64,000 nt of DNA. Origin: Tubiluchus corallicola. Lineage: Eukaryota; Animalia; Priapulida. The notes beneath the pieces are model-generated. The model was not told the DNA's origin. It saw only the letters and a list, made by a program, of their open reading frames with translations, and did no database searches. Shown here in pieces: positions 49,480-63,447 of this stretch. A program made the translations under genes and the position numbers. The stretch is taken from positions 637,945 to 701,944 of the forward strand of contig JAQGDQ010000081.1 of the NCBI GenBank assembly GCA_030141605.1, read 5' to 3'. Every line of letters begins with the position of its first letter. The first letter of the stretch is position 1.

Positions 49480-52254
49480 GTATATATCATATTATTAATA
49501 GCTAGAATTTTAAGTCTGAAGATGACCCGCATGACTTTCGTGAATTTCGCTCGAAAATTTGAAGTGGCTTTTTACACACCTAAAAACCTATTCCTAAGCT
49601 GTCATTCCTAAGCTAATAAAAACGACGGTCGAAATGAACAAGATTCTTAGAAACGTGTAATATTCTGATGGACTGTCTTAATCAGCTTAATGTCAAGCTA
49701 CTAAGAAGTATGGAAGCTCCATATCCATTGACAAAACCTATTAAAAGGCTCAGAACAAATAGTTTGGCTTCAGCTCTTGTTGAAAGACGTGAAGGGTCGT
49801 GACAAACAGCTAGCAACCACATCCCTACACAACTGCAACGATGAGAAGCATTCTGAGGATTTCTGATATAATATGGGAAGAGGAGCGCGTACATGAAAGG
49901 GCTGTCAGTTTGGGTGAAGCATTTGGTAAATGATAGTCTTGCAGGTATCTGTAAGTTGTAACATTGGCTACAGCTTGTTGACCAACGCTCTAATATTAGA
50001 CTGGGAGGAACTCTGTTCTTACTTGGTGCCTGCACATAATTATATAGGCGCAATATGGGTATAAGGCCGATGGCTTTGTGGTTTTCTTATCATTCTCTAG
50101 TGTGATTATACTGTTTTTTTAGTCTAATGGTTGAATGCGCACATACAGTCGTCTTCTCAGTCAGCGGAACGATGGACAATTTGTACGTTTGTCTGTTTGA
50201 CCAGTGCGTTTCTCACACATCAATATTAGCTCATCATAGTCGTAATAATAGCGCATAGATCTACCATGTGGCTTCATTGACAGTCACACGACACAGATAA
50301 TTGAGAAAAACAGCTGGAGAGATATGAGAGAGATATTTCACGCACTTAGCAAGTTATTCAGCCTGGATAGAGACTGTATAGGGTCTTCCACAAGTTTGCA
50401 AATCTGAAACAGTTCTTCTGCTAAACAGCCCAGGTGGGGGGGGGGGCGCCCTAGGCAAAGAACATGCTCTATTTAAGTGTCCTCAGATTTGATTCAGAAA
50501 ATCGTGCCTACAGTCCCTACACCTCTTCGAGGTCCCAACCGGTAAACTATCCACTTAGGACGCCACATCGCGTGAACCTGAAGCTTAAAGGAAAGGTTCC
50601 ACTAAAAGTGAGGCACAAGATTTAGATGTTCGTCATTAGGTTGCAGTCTGGACTTGATCTCATTCCAGCCAGAGGCTAATCCATCATACCCTCGCAGATT
50701 GATTAGCCGGACTTCCGCCCATTCGTGAATGCCAACTGGTCACATCAGAGAGACCTGGCTTCTGCTGGGTGGAGGGAAAGGAATTGTCAAACCGCTGGTT
50801 TCCGGCTTTAGACCCTCCATGATTGGTTAACTCCTCAAAGTGGTAGTACTCGTTATCAGTTACAAAATGTATGGAACAAAATATCGGATTGGTATTTGGA
50901 GGCTTAGAGCTTGAGCAGTTTTCCTGTTGTGAGAAATGCAAGCCTTGTTCAGAAAATAATCTACATTCTTTTACCTGTGCTATTGCAAATACGGGTTGCC
51001 AAAAGGCAAGCCGTTATCCACACGCTGGGTTTATTAATCGGCCCATTTTTGTATCTCTATTTTCTTCTCCTTTTTGCTAACGTCGTCATCAACGTCATCA
51101 TTATCATCAACATCGCCATTAAATCTGTATAAGAAATATTCATGATGGCGCTGGAACCCAGTTAATTAAATTAAATTCACGTAAACTAGGCATGGGTTTA
51201 CTTCTAGTACTTCTTTTAACTACGGCAATTTGTTTTAATCTGTATTGCACATTGAACATTTTAGCAAACCCGTTCGTGCGGTTACCCACTTTAAATGGAG
51301 AAATAATTTTTGTGACTGGGTGAGCGGTTATGGAGTTTATGGAAATGCCTCTCCTTTCATCATAAGTCTATCACAGCCTTACTTTCTATATAAATGATCG
51401 CACGCACAGTAACCTCAGGAGACTAGTTAATATTAACAGTTAGGCGCTTATAATTTATGGCTTCGCGTAATAACACTTATCTTCCATGATGTGCCCATGT
51501 GTTCCCATGCGTTGTGTCGTTACTCCTTCGGTGACAAACTAACTATAATAACTATGATTTATCGGCAATTATGTGTGTTGTGTATAACAAGTGTGCCTGT
51601 CAGGGATGGGGAAAGAGAAAATGAGTGAGTGTTTTAGTTTGCAGGTTGTCATGGCAATAATTCTTTGCATGATTTTCACAAAGGCAAAACACAGGTGCAA
51701 GAGTTGTGGATTATATTAAAGGCCATTAACAAAGGAATCGGTTTGTTGTTTTAATCAATAGCTAACTCACGGTTCATTCATAAAAATGCAAATATCAAAA
51801 GTCAGGTTTTTAGAAAAGGCAAAATATGTTCTACAATAATGAAGTAACTTTGGTTAAATGAACTCTCGTCACTAGATCCTTGTCAATAGATGGGGATTAC
51901 AGAACATCTTCATTATTAACAATGATGCCGAAAATAACTAAAACTTCTTACTAGTCTTGAAGTTCGAAGGTGTGGGGCATGCGAAAACATCAAAAAATAG
52001 TGGCACCTTAAAACAATCCATGAGTAGCTATCATGATTAGTAACTTGTGGGTAGATTTAAGAAATTTTACATTGCAAATAGTTTATGTGTAAATTTACGA
52101 TAGAAGAACGCCTTTAAATTTAATCGCTTATTTTAGGTGCTTCGGCAGGTAAATAACTAGCGTTGAAAGAAACACAAAATAAATCAATTAACAAGATAAG
52201 TAAAAATAGCTTATATCTGACATTAGGCAATTAAATTCGCAAAAAATAAGTTTT

Positions 52255-53150
52255 AGCAAATCTTTTGGAAGTACCTGAAGATGGTGCGTCCTTCATATAA
52301 TTTGGGAGAATATTCCAAAGCATAGTCCCTGAGTAATAAAATGTACGCTTACCATGCTCAAGCTAAACAATATTTATATATAACTGATTAGATGATTGTG
52401 ACCTTGTGACATAGTTATGAACACTGTCAGCAATTTCGTCAACATGTTTGTTCCATTTTAAATTCGGGGTCAAAGTGAACTCCTAGATATTTCATACTAC
52501 TGACAATTTCAATTTGACATTCATTTAGTAATAATTAAATTCACCGATGCCTTGTAATTTTCTACTTGCCCCGAACAACATTGCTTTAGTTTTGTTCATA
52601 TAATAAAGTTAGCTCGTTGTCATTCATCCTGCCTGAGATATTACTGAAGTCATTATTCAAATCAGTTCAGAGAGTGTTTAAACAATTTGAGTTTGACATA
52701 ATAGCAGTATCATCAGCATATAATACTACTTTACTCCAGCGTACCGTTTTTGTACTGTCACTAATGAACATTATAAACAACAAAGGGCCTAAAATGGAAC
52801 CTTGTGGTCTCCCACAGATATTTTGCAAAAGTTAGACATTGCGCTATTAACAATAGCGTTGTTCTCTATCATACAAGCAGTTTGTAAACCATGTCATTAT
52901 TCTTGATGCCAAACTGTTTTTCAAAGTTCTAAATTAATATTTGGTGATTTGTGGTATCAGATGCCTCTTTTAAATCTGAGAAGACCACACTTGTATATTC
53001 TCCATATTTGTTAAAATGTAATCTGCAACATTGACAATGGTTGTCATCGTACTGTTGTATTTCCTGAAGCCCGACTGCTCATTAACTAACAAGTTATTTT
53101 CGTTCACAAAGCTGGATAACTTATCATGAACTGCTCTCTCAAGAATGCTA
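52255..53150 (-). mobile_element. Decayed CR1/L2-clade LINE reverse transcriptase
   Basis: Minus-strand pieces [71 protein letters not shown], with frameshifts, stops and deletions. Confidence 0.88.
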
Positions 53151-53754
53151 CCTATTCTGCTGCCCGCGTTTTTCATGCAGTGTTAGAAGTGTTACACATC
53201 AAGGCGTGTTACAAAAATTTATGCTCTCATTAAAAGTCTCTTGGGTTTTCATTTCGTGTGCAGCAGAAGATTGTCGAATATCCAAGATTTCCAAAGATTT
53301 TAATTAGATTGAAAGCAGGCTATTTTAATTCCTTTATTTTGCGTCAAGTCGTTAAGTGGTCATCGTTGTATACATCTTAGATACTCTCAACTTTGAGTGG
53401 GAATCCGCAGCTCCCAATGCTTTGGGCATTCATTTTCGAGTGCCGAGAGGCACATCGCCAAGGAATTATTTACCGTCGCTCATTTAGCACACAACAACAG
53501 CACTAAGTGCTAATTAGCAACTTATAACAATACCGGTAAGGACGGAACGCACAAATAACGAATATTGTATAGTGTATACTCCCTGGCGTTGCAGCCGCTA
53601 GTCTCGAACTCAAGACGGGGGAATCATAAGAGCCAAGAGAACGAATAGCCAATAGCTTGTAAAATAAAAAAATAAATACAATGATTTACATATTTTGGTA
53701 ATAATACAATGTCAAATCAAAATGGTACACGAATGCTATTGTGTGTAGACTGTA

Positions 53755-53849
53755 GAGTTCTAGTTTATTTAGCTTATACCTAGCATCTTCAGTTATAGCC
53801 TTTACTATAACTGAAGCTGCTAAGCAAAAAACTAAATAAACAAGAATTC
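53755..53849. repeat. Hairpin/palindrome A
   Basis: gagttctagtttatttagc...tagcatcttcagttatag / ctataactgaagctgcta...ctaaataaacaagaattc; arms about 45 bp. Confidence 0.8.
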
Positions 53850-53871
53850 ATACACGCACAATCTAAAGCAC

Positions 53872-54019
53872 GGTTAATCAGTAAGGTTCTTTTTCAGTGG
53901 CTATTGTTATGTAGTAAAGCCCACAATTGGCTACTGTTATAGTTTATTTTACTATAGCAATAGTCAATTGTAGGCTTTACTATAACAATAGCCATTGAAA
54001 AAGCAACTTACAATTAACC
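53872..54019. repeat. Hairpin/palindrome B
   Basis: ggttaatcagtaaggttctttttcagtggctattgttat...gttatagt / actatagc...tataacaatagccattgaaaaagcaacttacaattaacc; arms about 70 bp, 8-nt loop. Confidence 0.85.
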
Positions 54020-55979
54020 ATAGCCTGTCGCGCTAATTTGTCCATTAAAGAAATGAAGGAATTTTTTTTTCAAAATTGAATGAATATTTGTGCGAAATCG
54101 CTTGTACTTGAAATGCAGGTGGCTGCTGTAATTATATATAATCAATTCCAAAAGTTCTCAGTGCTTTCAGTCAGACGCTGTTTCCATTTAATTATAAAGT
54201 TAAATTAAACAAAAACAAAAAGTACGTCGATATCATAACATTTTACTTTCCTTGTAAGCTTATGACGTCATTCTTGTTTTTGTAACCAAAATGGTCGCCA
54301 AGGACTGCTGTGAGAAGAAACCAGCTGCTGTCATTTATTAGTAATGACAGAAAAAATTCGCTGTTTTCCTTGCATGACATGCGTTAAGCTTAACGAAATT
54401 TAGCCCTTTTAGCACTAGGAATTCCGAGAATGTAATATTGTCACAATTTTTTGTTGGTATTCAGTGGTTCACGTTCGGTAGTTACGTAACGCGAGCACTA
54501 ACTCTGCAGTTACAGGGTTAGAGGGGCCCTTGGTCGTGGGCCACCAAATACACCAAAGTATTGCGTTGTTGCATTTGCCACACACTTTTGCCAGAATGAA
54601 ATCGTGAGGAAAACTTCTTAATGCATGATGCAAGTAGTGCTGCGATAAATCCAATAATGTTGCCTTTAAATTATTTTGTAATGCCAACATTGCCGCCCCA
54701 AAAGTGTTGTTACCCTATTGTTGATATTATCAGCAGCATTATATAATGTCAGAAAGTTCAAGTACTTTCTGTCATATGGGCTATAACATTTTTTGTGATT
54801 TAATAACACCCATAGGCTGTATACATGAAATTTTTGTTACTCTTTTCACACAGTTTTATCAGTCCTTACCAAATTTTTGCGCGTGTGGGTAGTTTAGATA
54901 TTTGGGCTCCACATGTAAAAATATGTAGGCTGCGTGTGTAAGTACACATGCACACGCATGAATTCGTGCACGCACGACCCATCATAAACACGTCAACTGC
55001 AGCAGTATTGTTATGACTTATGACCTAAATTAATGTAAGCCTAGTCTTAGCAAACCTAAGACACTACTGTTTCTCCATCACACTGGCTTCAACTACTGTT
55101 GGATAAAGCTGTGTAACTTTCATCTAGGAGTCCACCAGATTTCCCAAATGAACATTTACATCACATCCAACACGTAATGGAATTACGATTAATTGGCGGA
55201 TGCGTATACTTATGCGTTTTTCCACATGCGGAACAGCCTGTGGAAAAAGATCAATAGGAGTAGCTCCAGAAAAAGAATAACGCATACGCAGGCTGCATAA
55301 GCGGCTGCATTGAAAACAATATAAACCTATTTAATCTATTCCGCACCCCCTCCCCAAGGCATCCGCATCCGGATGCTACGTAAACGCCTCCTAAGAAAAA
55401 GACAAACATCCATCGTCAGTTTCACTGGGTGATTTCCTAGCTCGTTTTATCTATTATGTGTGAAGCTGTGAAGGTGACCTCCTGTATGAGCGACCGGAAC
55501 TTCTCAGTTATCATCTCTATAAAGAGTTGTCGAGCCTCGTAAACTCAGTAAGAACCTCCTTCGAGAATGAAAAGCAATAAGTAATGTATAGATCTGGGAT
55601 AATAAAACAAGTCGCCTAAACAAAGGCTTTTGTTTAGGAAACTAGTTTTATACCTCATCCTTTTTTGTACAAACAAAGGCTGTATATTTGGCGGTCTATC
55701 TGTCTGTCTACAACAAATTTAAACAAACGAGTGATCAAAATAATTGAAACTTTGGTAGAAGGTTTACAGGGATCTCTTCTCTTCAGCTTTGGACAATCAT
55801 TAAGTTTCTGAAAGCTTTCATGCAGTTATTCCTAGTTCTTGCCGCTAATTTTCACTTGCAAATTTTCTTTGTCAACCATTATTGAATTTTCATAAAGGCA
55901 TTTATAAGTTTCACCCTGCAATTTCATACAACGGACACACTAAACTGTTTTTACATATATTAGTCTTTATGGCTTTCAC

Positions 55980-56410
55980 CTTAATAAAGCCACAAATCTG
56001 TTACACATTTTATCTCAGCAGGATGAAGTTTCAAGACGACAAGTTTTTTCTGGAATTTGTCAACCAGGAAGTGTAGCTCAAATCAAGATCAAAAAGTCAC
56101 AGATAAAAAAAGTCATAGAAAATCACCAAAGATATTGAATAAAACGTGATTTTTTTCACATATGTAATGCCATCATAATAAATAGTATTGTCAAAAATAT
56201 TTATGTTTTACTACTTTAACTGTTTATGGTCCTTAAATAAATTGTGACTGATTTGGACTATTGTTGTTTACCAGACTTTCTTTCTTAGCCAAAATTGTTA
56301 CCTTTTTCCTGCCCTTGAAATTTATTGACTTTTTACCTGTGACTTTATTCCCAGCTAAAATTGTGACTTTTTCTGTGACTTCTTTCCTGTGACTTTATTA
56401 CCAGTCACCT
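55980..56410. mobile_element. Foldback/MITE-like element with inverted sub-terminal AAAGTCACAG / CTGTGACTTT repeats
   Basis: Several aaaagtcaca motifs on the left and ctgtgacttt motifs on the right. Confidence 0.45.
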
Positions 56411-56859
56411 ATTGTTTTGTACAAGAGTTTGCTTTACTGCACATTCCTCCTTATAGTAGTAGTAGTAGTAGTAGTAGTAAATCTCCAGTAGTTATAATAT
56501 AACTTTTGAGACATTTATATTTCATATAGGCATTATTATTTCCGTTTTGATTGTTTTCTTTCATTGTGACTTTAAGAGGATATCTATTTCATGGTAACAG
56601 TTAATACTGTGTGCAGGAATGTGAAAACTATAGAAACTAAAAAATGGAACGTTTTGCTTTGGTTTGAACAATCTGTTGAACAATGCATTGTTTCAATTCG
56701 TGTCTGTTGGAAGTTTGAAGAAAAGGTCTAGCGGACTATAGGATGGGTTACCTATGTCCTGAACATTGCACATTGATTCATCCGTCAATTTTGTGGTGCT
56801 GCATCTGGAAGACCACGTGTAGACGCTATCTTTCAGCAATGTAACAGCAGGCTACTAAC

Positions 56860-57861
56860 ATGGCTTCAGACATGGCGAGTACGGACAGGGACAACAGAAG
56901 AAAGGAGTCACTGCTTTTGTCAAATCAGGTACCATTAGCTCTTCAAAAACGATATATTTTCACTGGTTACCGCAACCACAATTCAGTGCCTCTTGAGTGC
57001 CTTCGCAGTATTTTTGATGTACACAATGAAACTCTCAATTTCTGGACGCACTTTCTGTCTTCAGTGTACTTCGCTTGGCGTCTGTTGGCAATGCTTAAAG
57101 CACATGATTTCATTAACGACAATTATTCGTGGCCGTTCTTTTGCTTCATGATTACATCATGTACATACTTATTATCAAGCAGTATAGCACACCTGTTCAG
57201 CACCATGTCGCTTCGCTCACACCAGATCTGCTTCTTTTTCGATTACGCAAGTCTAGGATTGTACGCATTTGGAGTATCAGTCGCATACCGTGCTTACGCT
57301 TTCCCCGACACGTTGCTAAACACTCTGTATTCGTCGCTGTTCCTGCCGAGTTCAGTGCTTGTGTGTCTTTTTTGCACGTATATTAATTGTCATTCGCGTC
57401 TTTTGAATCAACATTCCATAGTGTCCAAAGCAATGAAGGTCTTGGGATTTTCCTTAATGTATCACTGGGTTAGTTTTCCGGTGACGTATAGGCTTCTCTT
57501 TTGTCGAGAGGAAACTTACACTGATTCATACACGTTTCACGTGATTCAGTTCATCTTTGCTGTCATCACCATATTTCTGTACGCTTCCCACATCCCGGAG
57601 AGACTTTTTCCAGGAAAGTTTGACTTGTTTGGTAACTCCCACATGCTGCTACACGTAACAGGTGTGATAGCAACAGACAGTCAAATGAAAGCATTGATAA
57701 TGGATATGGCTCAACGCAGAGCATTTGCCGTTCCTAGAGGAGACGTCGTACCATTAATGTGGAGTCTCGGTGGACTGCTATTTGTGGCTGCTGCAAATTT
57801 GTCCATTATTGGGGCGTTCGTGATTATTCTCTACAAAAAGAGCCCTCATCACGGCAATTAA
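56860..57861 (+). CDS. PAQR5-like: Intronless PAQR family 7-TM protein, membrane progestin receptor (class II) like, 333 aa
   Basis: YIFTGYR, HNETLNFWTH, SSIAHLF, FFFDY and HIPERLFPGKFDLFGNSHMLLH motifs; multiple hydrophobic helices; single ORF. A possible 5'UTR acceptor (ctatctttcAG) lies near 56835. The exact paralogue is uncertain. Confidence 0.9.
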   Translation: MASDMASTDRDNRRKESLLLSNQVPLALQKRYIFTGYRNHNSVPLECLRSIFDVHNETLNFWTHFLSSVYFAWRLLAMLKAHDFINDNYSWPFFCFMITSCTYLLSSSIAHLFSTMSLRSHQICFFFDYASLGLYAFGVSVAYRAYAFPDTLLNTLYSSLFLPSSVLVCLFCTYINCHSRLLNQHSIVSKAMKVLGFSLMYHWVSFPVTYRLLFCREETYTDSYTFHVIQFIFAVITIFLYASHIPERLFPGKFDLFGNSHMLLHVTGVIATDSQMKALIMDMAQRRAFAVPRGDVVPLMWSLGGLLFVAAANLSIIGAFVIILYKKSPHHGN

Positions 57862-60174
57862 GATAATTGCTTGATGTTAAAAAGGAAATGAAATAGGACA
57901 TATTAAAACAATATGGAGACAAGCCAACATTTATGCATAGCTATGCTTCCTGGTTGGTAGCACATTGCAAATACATCTTTACCTATTGAAACTTACGGTA
58001 AACTGCATTATACTATACCGTATATATCATAAAAATGGATTACAATAAAATGAGAGTTCTCAGTGTTAAAAAACGTTTTTGCATATTAAAACACTGCTCA
58101 GGCAAAACTGGAAACTACTAGTGGACAAAACTAAAGCTAAAAACAATAATTAAATATACACATTTACGTATATAGGTGCAATAGGTACATAATACTATAC
58201 AAAGCCACAATACCTACATTACGTAAATGCATATACGTCAGACAAAAATTACATCAAAAATTTAATAATCTTGATATACACACAACAGACATATATAGAT
58301 ATAACTCTTAGAATATATAAGTAGATTACAGGTTTATAATTTACAAGTTACAAGTTTATAATTAAAGAAATGTGGTACTTAAAGTAATATAAAGATTCTC
58401 CTTCAGTTAACAGAGATGTGGATACGCAAAATTTAAATTAAGAAAGTTAACTTCGTTTAGATGAGTTGGTTCTTGAAATCTAATTTGTTGGTACTGTTTC
58501 AGTTTCTTTTTGAAAATAGCCAGTAATTCTGATTATCTAATAAGAGAAGAGTGGGAGTTCAATAATTGCCTTTTGAATTATTATCAAATTTAATGCTTGA
58601 TTCAATTTGCTATTAGTGTGGCTATTCTGATAGTATGTTATTTTCAAAGCGGATTTTGAGAGGTAATATATATTAAGAGTATTAAAATGTGATAGTCTCG
58701 CTGAGAATATAATGGGATTTTCATTGAAGTACTTAAATTTAATACATAGTACTTAGATTTATTACATAATAAATCTAATAATAAATTTAAGCATAGGTAC
58801 AAATCAGTCTTAATGCATAGCTTTGAAGTGTGTTTAATTTTGAAAAATATTCTGCATGCGACAAGTAACATACAACCATATAAACAGGGGACATTGCTAA
58901 TGTTTTATATATGAGAATTGTTGCATGTTTTGTCAGTTGCCTCTAACTTGGCGTAGGCAAAACACACCACATTTCATCCTAGTGAGGATTGTAATAGAAT
59001 AAAGTGAAAGCGAATTGTAAAGCCACATATAAAATTAGTTAATATGTCCAAAATACGAAATGGTAGAAGACACTGCAGATTATATATATGTATGACTGTA
59101 GCCTTTTTTATTCAGTTCCTCACTCTGTCTTAAAAACATTGAGGTGCTACCATCTATGAGAGGATGCTACCCACTCCTATCTGCAGTTAAAAGCGTAAGT
59201 TTTTGTGCTCCTAGCTATACAAATTAATTTGGTTTGCCAGTTGGTTATTTTTGCAACGTTTTACGGCTTTTTACTGATGCATTAGTTTGGTAACCTGGCC
59301 AGATGTCCTAACCATCTTAATCTTTCGTGTATGACTTTTCTACTCTAATAATTTCTTTTATACTGACATAAAAAAAAACAATTCCAAACTCTACAGGATC
59401 AAAAATCTTGCTCATATCCAGCAACAAGACGATGCTGCTTTTTCTGTTAATATTTTTTCTGACCTCAGTAACTCGGTAGTACTTTGTTGAATGTTACCAC
59501 TTAATCTGTCACGTGTATGCTTCTAATCATATAAATATGACAAATTTTTATTAAAAATATCTCAGACTTTCAATTGGTTTCATACTTTTGGTTTAAGAAT
59601 ATGCATTAATATATCCTACATGACTTCTTTTTGGTAGTTTCTTATCATAGCAATAGTTCTCAACGAATTTGACATTCCGATTCTGATAATCTCTGGCTAC
59701 GTCTTAGCTCTTCTGCTACATAATTGTCTATGCCTGGACTTTACTCAAGGACCTTAGTCAATTTCCATTACTCAAAGATTTTATTGTTTTCTAGCTCATT
59801 AGCAGCACCCCGTCATCATTTTCGACTAATGTCCTAGCAATCATGCCTTTTCATTTGTCAGTTTTACAATTGTTGCCCACTTTAGCTGCATTATGCTTCA
59901 ACCTAATTTCTCTCTGTTGCGCCCTGTAACTTGTTCATTGCTAAAATTTTTCTTTGCATTGTTTGTAGAGTAACCCAAAGCTTCCTTTGATGTTTGTGTG
60001 AGCACGTTAACTACATCAGGCCATTACTCTTGTACACTGGCTTGGGTACCTCCCCAACCTTTTCTTCATGTTTGAATGCAATTTAGTAGTCCTTTAGTTA
60101 GTCACACTAAAATTGCTTAGAAATGTTCTTTTCACAGGGATGCCTATTACTTCTTTAGACTGAACTTTTTCAAT

Positions 60175-60595
60175 TACTAGTCTGTGGTCTGATAAAGTTG
60201 CAGTGCCACTGTAATCATTTACACAAATTTTATGTTTTTTTCCTGAGCATAACATAGTCAATCTAGTTTCCAGTAGATTTTTGTTTTTAATATGGAGCTT
60301 CCTATGGCAGTATGGGCCATCTTATGACCAAAAATTATATTAGTGAATGTCATCAGTTGTGCAAAATCCAAAAAAAATATATTTTATGTTGTTGCTGTTT
60401 TTTCACCTTGCCTGATAATAAATGACTGGAACCACTTTTGCTATCTGTATGATACAGTCAGCAACGGGGTGTGGGACTTTTCACAAACTCATATTCTCTC
60501 CACCAGTTCTTGAAATTTTGATCTATGTTCTCGTTTGACAATAATCCCAACAAACTTACAATTATTAATGCCACCACAATAAAGATCACAGCATC
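60175..60595 (-). mobile_element. Decayed LINE (RTE-like) apurinic endonuclease fragment; the element probably extends further
   Basis: Minus-strand motifs VGIIVKRE, TNIIFGHKMAH, IDYVML and SDHRLV in the expected order. Confidence 0.65.
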
Positions 60596-62316
60596 TCCTA
60601 CTTTTCTTATTTAAGTGTAATTACTTCCCTTCCTGTTAAGGAGGTTTGTTGCACTGACAGTGTAATTTATAGGATTCCATATCATCAGCTAAATGTCTTT
60701 GTTATGACAAAAGTGGTATCTGCTTTTGGTCCTCTGTAAATTAACGTTCCAACTCTAGGTCCTTGAGCCACCCCATTATCATAGATAGTTCAGTAAGTGA
60801 AAAGTAAAATAGTCCAACAAATGGTAGATATTCATTCTTTTGAATGAATTCAAATGGTAGATTCCGTAGATGATATTCTCGCTAAATTCTTCAGGAGTTG
60901 TTGCAAGTCACGTGCACAACAGCCATGTAATATGTATGTAATTTTCCATCCAAAACAATATGGGCATCATAACTGTAATAGCTTCATCCACTTCATGCAC
61001 TCGGCCGTGGATCACTAAATCCTGAGCTTGCATTGCAATCTAAATCAACATAATTTAACTATTATTTTGAAAGAAAATGCATGGCTAATAAAAGCGTAAT
61101 CGCCTTATAGCCATCTAAACGGCGACTTAAGCTGGCATGTTTCTTGACTTTTAACTTTGAAAGACGTTATTCAACACTTTCAGGGCAAGTGATTTTAAGC
61201 TAACCAGGCATAAAAGCAACGAAAACGCATAGAAGCCAAGCTAAATATTTACATAAGCATACACACCGACGAAAATACACATAAATAAGCTAACCTAAAA
61301 TCAGATACGTACACTATAACGCGCTGTGGGGTGTCTTACAAACGTTGAGAGACATGTTTCATAAGCATTCAAAGATGATCATAAACACTGTATGTATACA
61401 GATTCTCTTGTATTCAGTTTTCTAGGACTGTTCCGCAAATTTATTTGACCATTTTACTTCTACAAGTCTGACTGTGCCAATTTGCTAGTAGATGCCGAGA
61501 AGAAAACTATTACACAGTCTTTTCTGTTATAAACATAAAAATTTTACTGTGAGAAGAGAACTGAATAGATGGTGCTAAAAATAACGCCGAACAACATTAT
61601 GATGAAAGTGAACAATAGCTGTAGCGTGATGCATTTATATAGCTTTTACTAGCGAAAACGCATTTATTCATTTGGCGATGCACACAGGTAGAGCGCGTGA
61701 CAGATTACCTTTAGCCAAAGCGTGGTGAAAAGGTCAGACTTCTCGTCTTTTTACAACAGCCGTGGAAGTTCGGAATGTATGGTTTTCTGCAGAATTGTAT
61801 GCATCGTCTTGATTTCACGTAACACAGCTTCTACGAGATTAGAAGTAATGCCCAGCAGCTTCTTTCAACCCTGAATCTTACGCCTGAGTACAATGTGACC
61901 AACTTTCGAGAGGAAACGTATATATATAATGTATAAGTTATATAGTGAAAACATATTTACAAGAACACACGGTCATTACACAGAAAATATCAAAAGCAAA
62001 ACGTTACAAAAGTACAAAATCTTATATTACATAACATAAAAACAACATCAAACCATTATTTATTCCCAACTATACATGCACAATCCGAACATAACTAAGA
62101 CACTTCTGCCGGTTTAGTAGCTCATCTAAGAAGCATGGCCTTGATAACGAAAGGTTCCGGTCTCGCCGCAACCAACCCTAAGTAACACCTGCCACTGAAT
62201 TCTAGATTCCGACTTACTGCTGAAATTTGTCTATAGATATATATATATGTAAAATTTAGATCAAGTTGCAATGCAGTTGACTATGCAATGCAATGGGCCT
62301 GTGTAATCAACGTCCA

Positions 62317-62426
62317 GACGGCTTAGTCTAGCGGTAACGCGTCTGTTTTCTGTCTGAAATGTCGTGAGTTCGATACTACGGCCGGGTCATACCTTGCCTG
62401 GCTTGTGGTTATTAAGGTAAGTGAGG
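62317..62426 (+). mobile_element. tRNA-derived SINE remnant, probably related to the copy at 6097-6280
   Basis: tagtctagcgg (A box-like), gagttcgatac (B box-like), shared ggccgggtcatac core, ending ttaaggtaag. Confidence 0.5.
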
Positions 62427-62471
62427 TAGTAATAGTCTCTATTATGTAGCTGTAGATTGTTATTTACTACA

Positions 62472-62675
62472 GTAGGCCCAAAAGCTTTTTGGAGCTTACG
62501 TCAATTGCTCATTAAAAAAGCCGACTTTAAATACAGATTATTATTATTATTATATTATTGTTATAATGCAATTGACCTATGTAGGCCCAAAAGCTCATTG
62601 GAGCTTATGTTAGTTATTCTTCCAAAAAGCCGACTTTAAATAAAGATTATTATTATAATGCAATTGACCCATGTA
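62472..62675. repeat. Two-copy tandem duplication of about 109 bp
   Basis: gtaggcccaaaagct..ttggagctta...aaaaagccgactttaaata...tataatgcaattgacc occurs twice. Confidence 0.85.
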
Positions 62676-63044
62676 ATGCAAATGAACTATTCAATGGTAC
62701 AACATGCGCTGAAAACTGTTGCAACGATCTTATCTCGCATCACAGTTTTGCACAGTGTTAACTATGATAGTTATACGTGATAGACATAGTAAACACAGAA
62801 AGACCTCGGGTTCCAGTGGAGTGCAAAACTCTTTTGACTTTCTTATTTAGTATTTTTCGGGCGTTTACTCGATTCGTTTATTACAGACATTTGTTAGTCT
62901 ATTATGCAGCTCTGTTTTAGATCGATATAATAATCTTAGGTATAGAGTGGTTGCCAAAGGTTTTAACTAAATTATCTGTTCAAGAAGTGTATCATTAAAG
63001 AGATTATAAACCTATACATTGCCAAAAATAGCTGTGCCCACATA

Positions 63045-63245
63045 TGCAAATCGATGCATCAAAAGCTTTCGAACGAATAAACTACATCGTAAATCGTTTC
63101 TAAAGCTATTTGATACTGAGTTGCCCATTATTATAGTACGCATGTTATTCTACTGGTACACAGCACATACCTGTAAGACGAGGTAATATTATTTTTGAGC
63201 CTCTTATAATTTCGAACAGTGTTAGACAAGGAAGTCTGCAGTCAC
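63045..63245 (+). mobile_element. Decayed LINE RT fragment
   Basis: IDASKAFERINY and VRQGSL motifs, frameshifted. Confidence 0.55.
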
Positions 63246-63447
63246 TCAAACTTTTAATGCGTACTTTTATGCGTAATTCTAAACTTGGCTGCGCAGTTGG
63301 TGAAAGACATGTTAAACACCCATTACCTATGAAACGCATGTTAATCTGATATGTAGCAGTTTTTATTTTATGTGTGTGTGATGCACAATAGGTTTTTACC
63401 TGGAATAAAGTGCGTCTTATTTGTATCGTATCATATCGTACCCGTTA

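Noticed and set aside
49411-49490. Functional tRNA-Phe gene
   Set aside because: Only the T-arm and acceptor end are present; the D-arm and anticodon arm are absent.
50684-50941. 85-aa minus-strand ORF with splice-like borders
   Set aside because: No recognisable domain and no link to neighbouring genes.
51286-51360. Candidate upstream SLC9A exon ending K-V-G|gtaacc
   Set aside because: The preceding peptide (AHPVTKIISPF) is not the hydrophobic helix expected there.
60560-60600. Hydrophobic mini-exon DAVIFIVVALII|gtaagt as an SLC9A 5' exon
   Set aside because: Wrong phase, and another frame reads as LINE endonuclease (VGIIVKRE).
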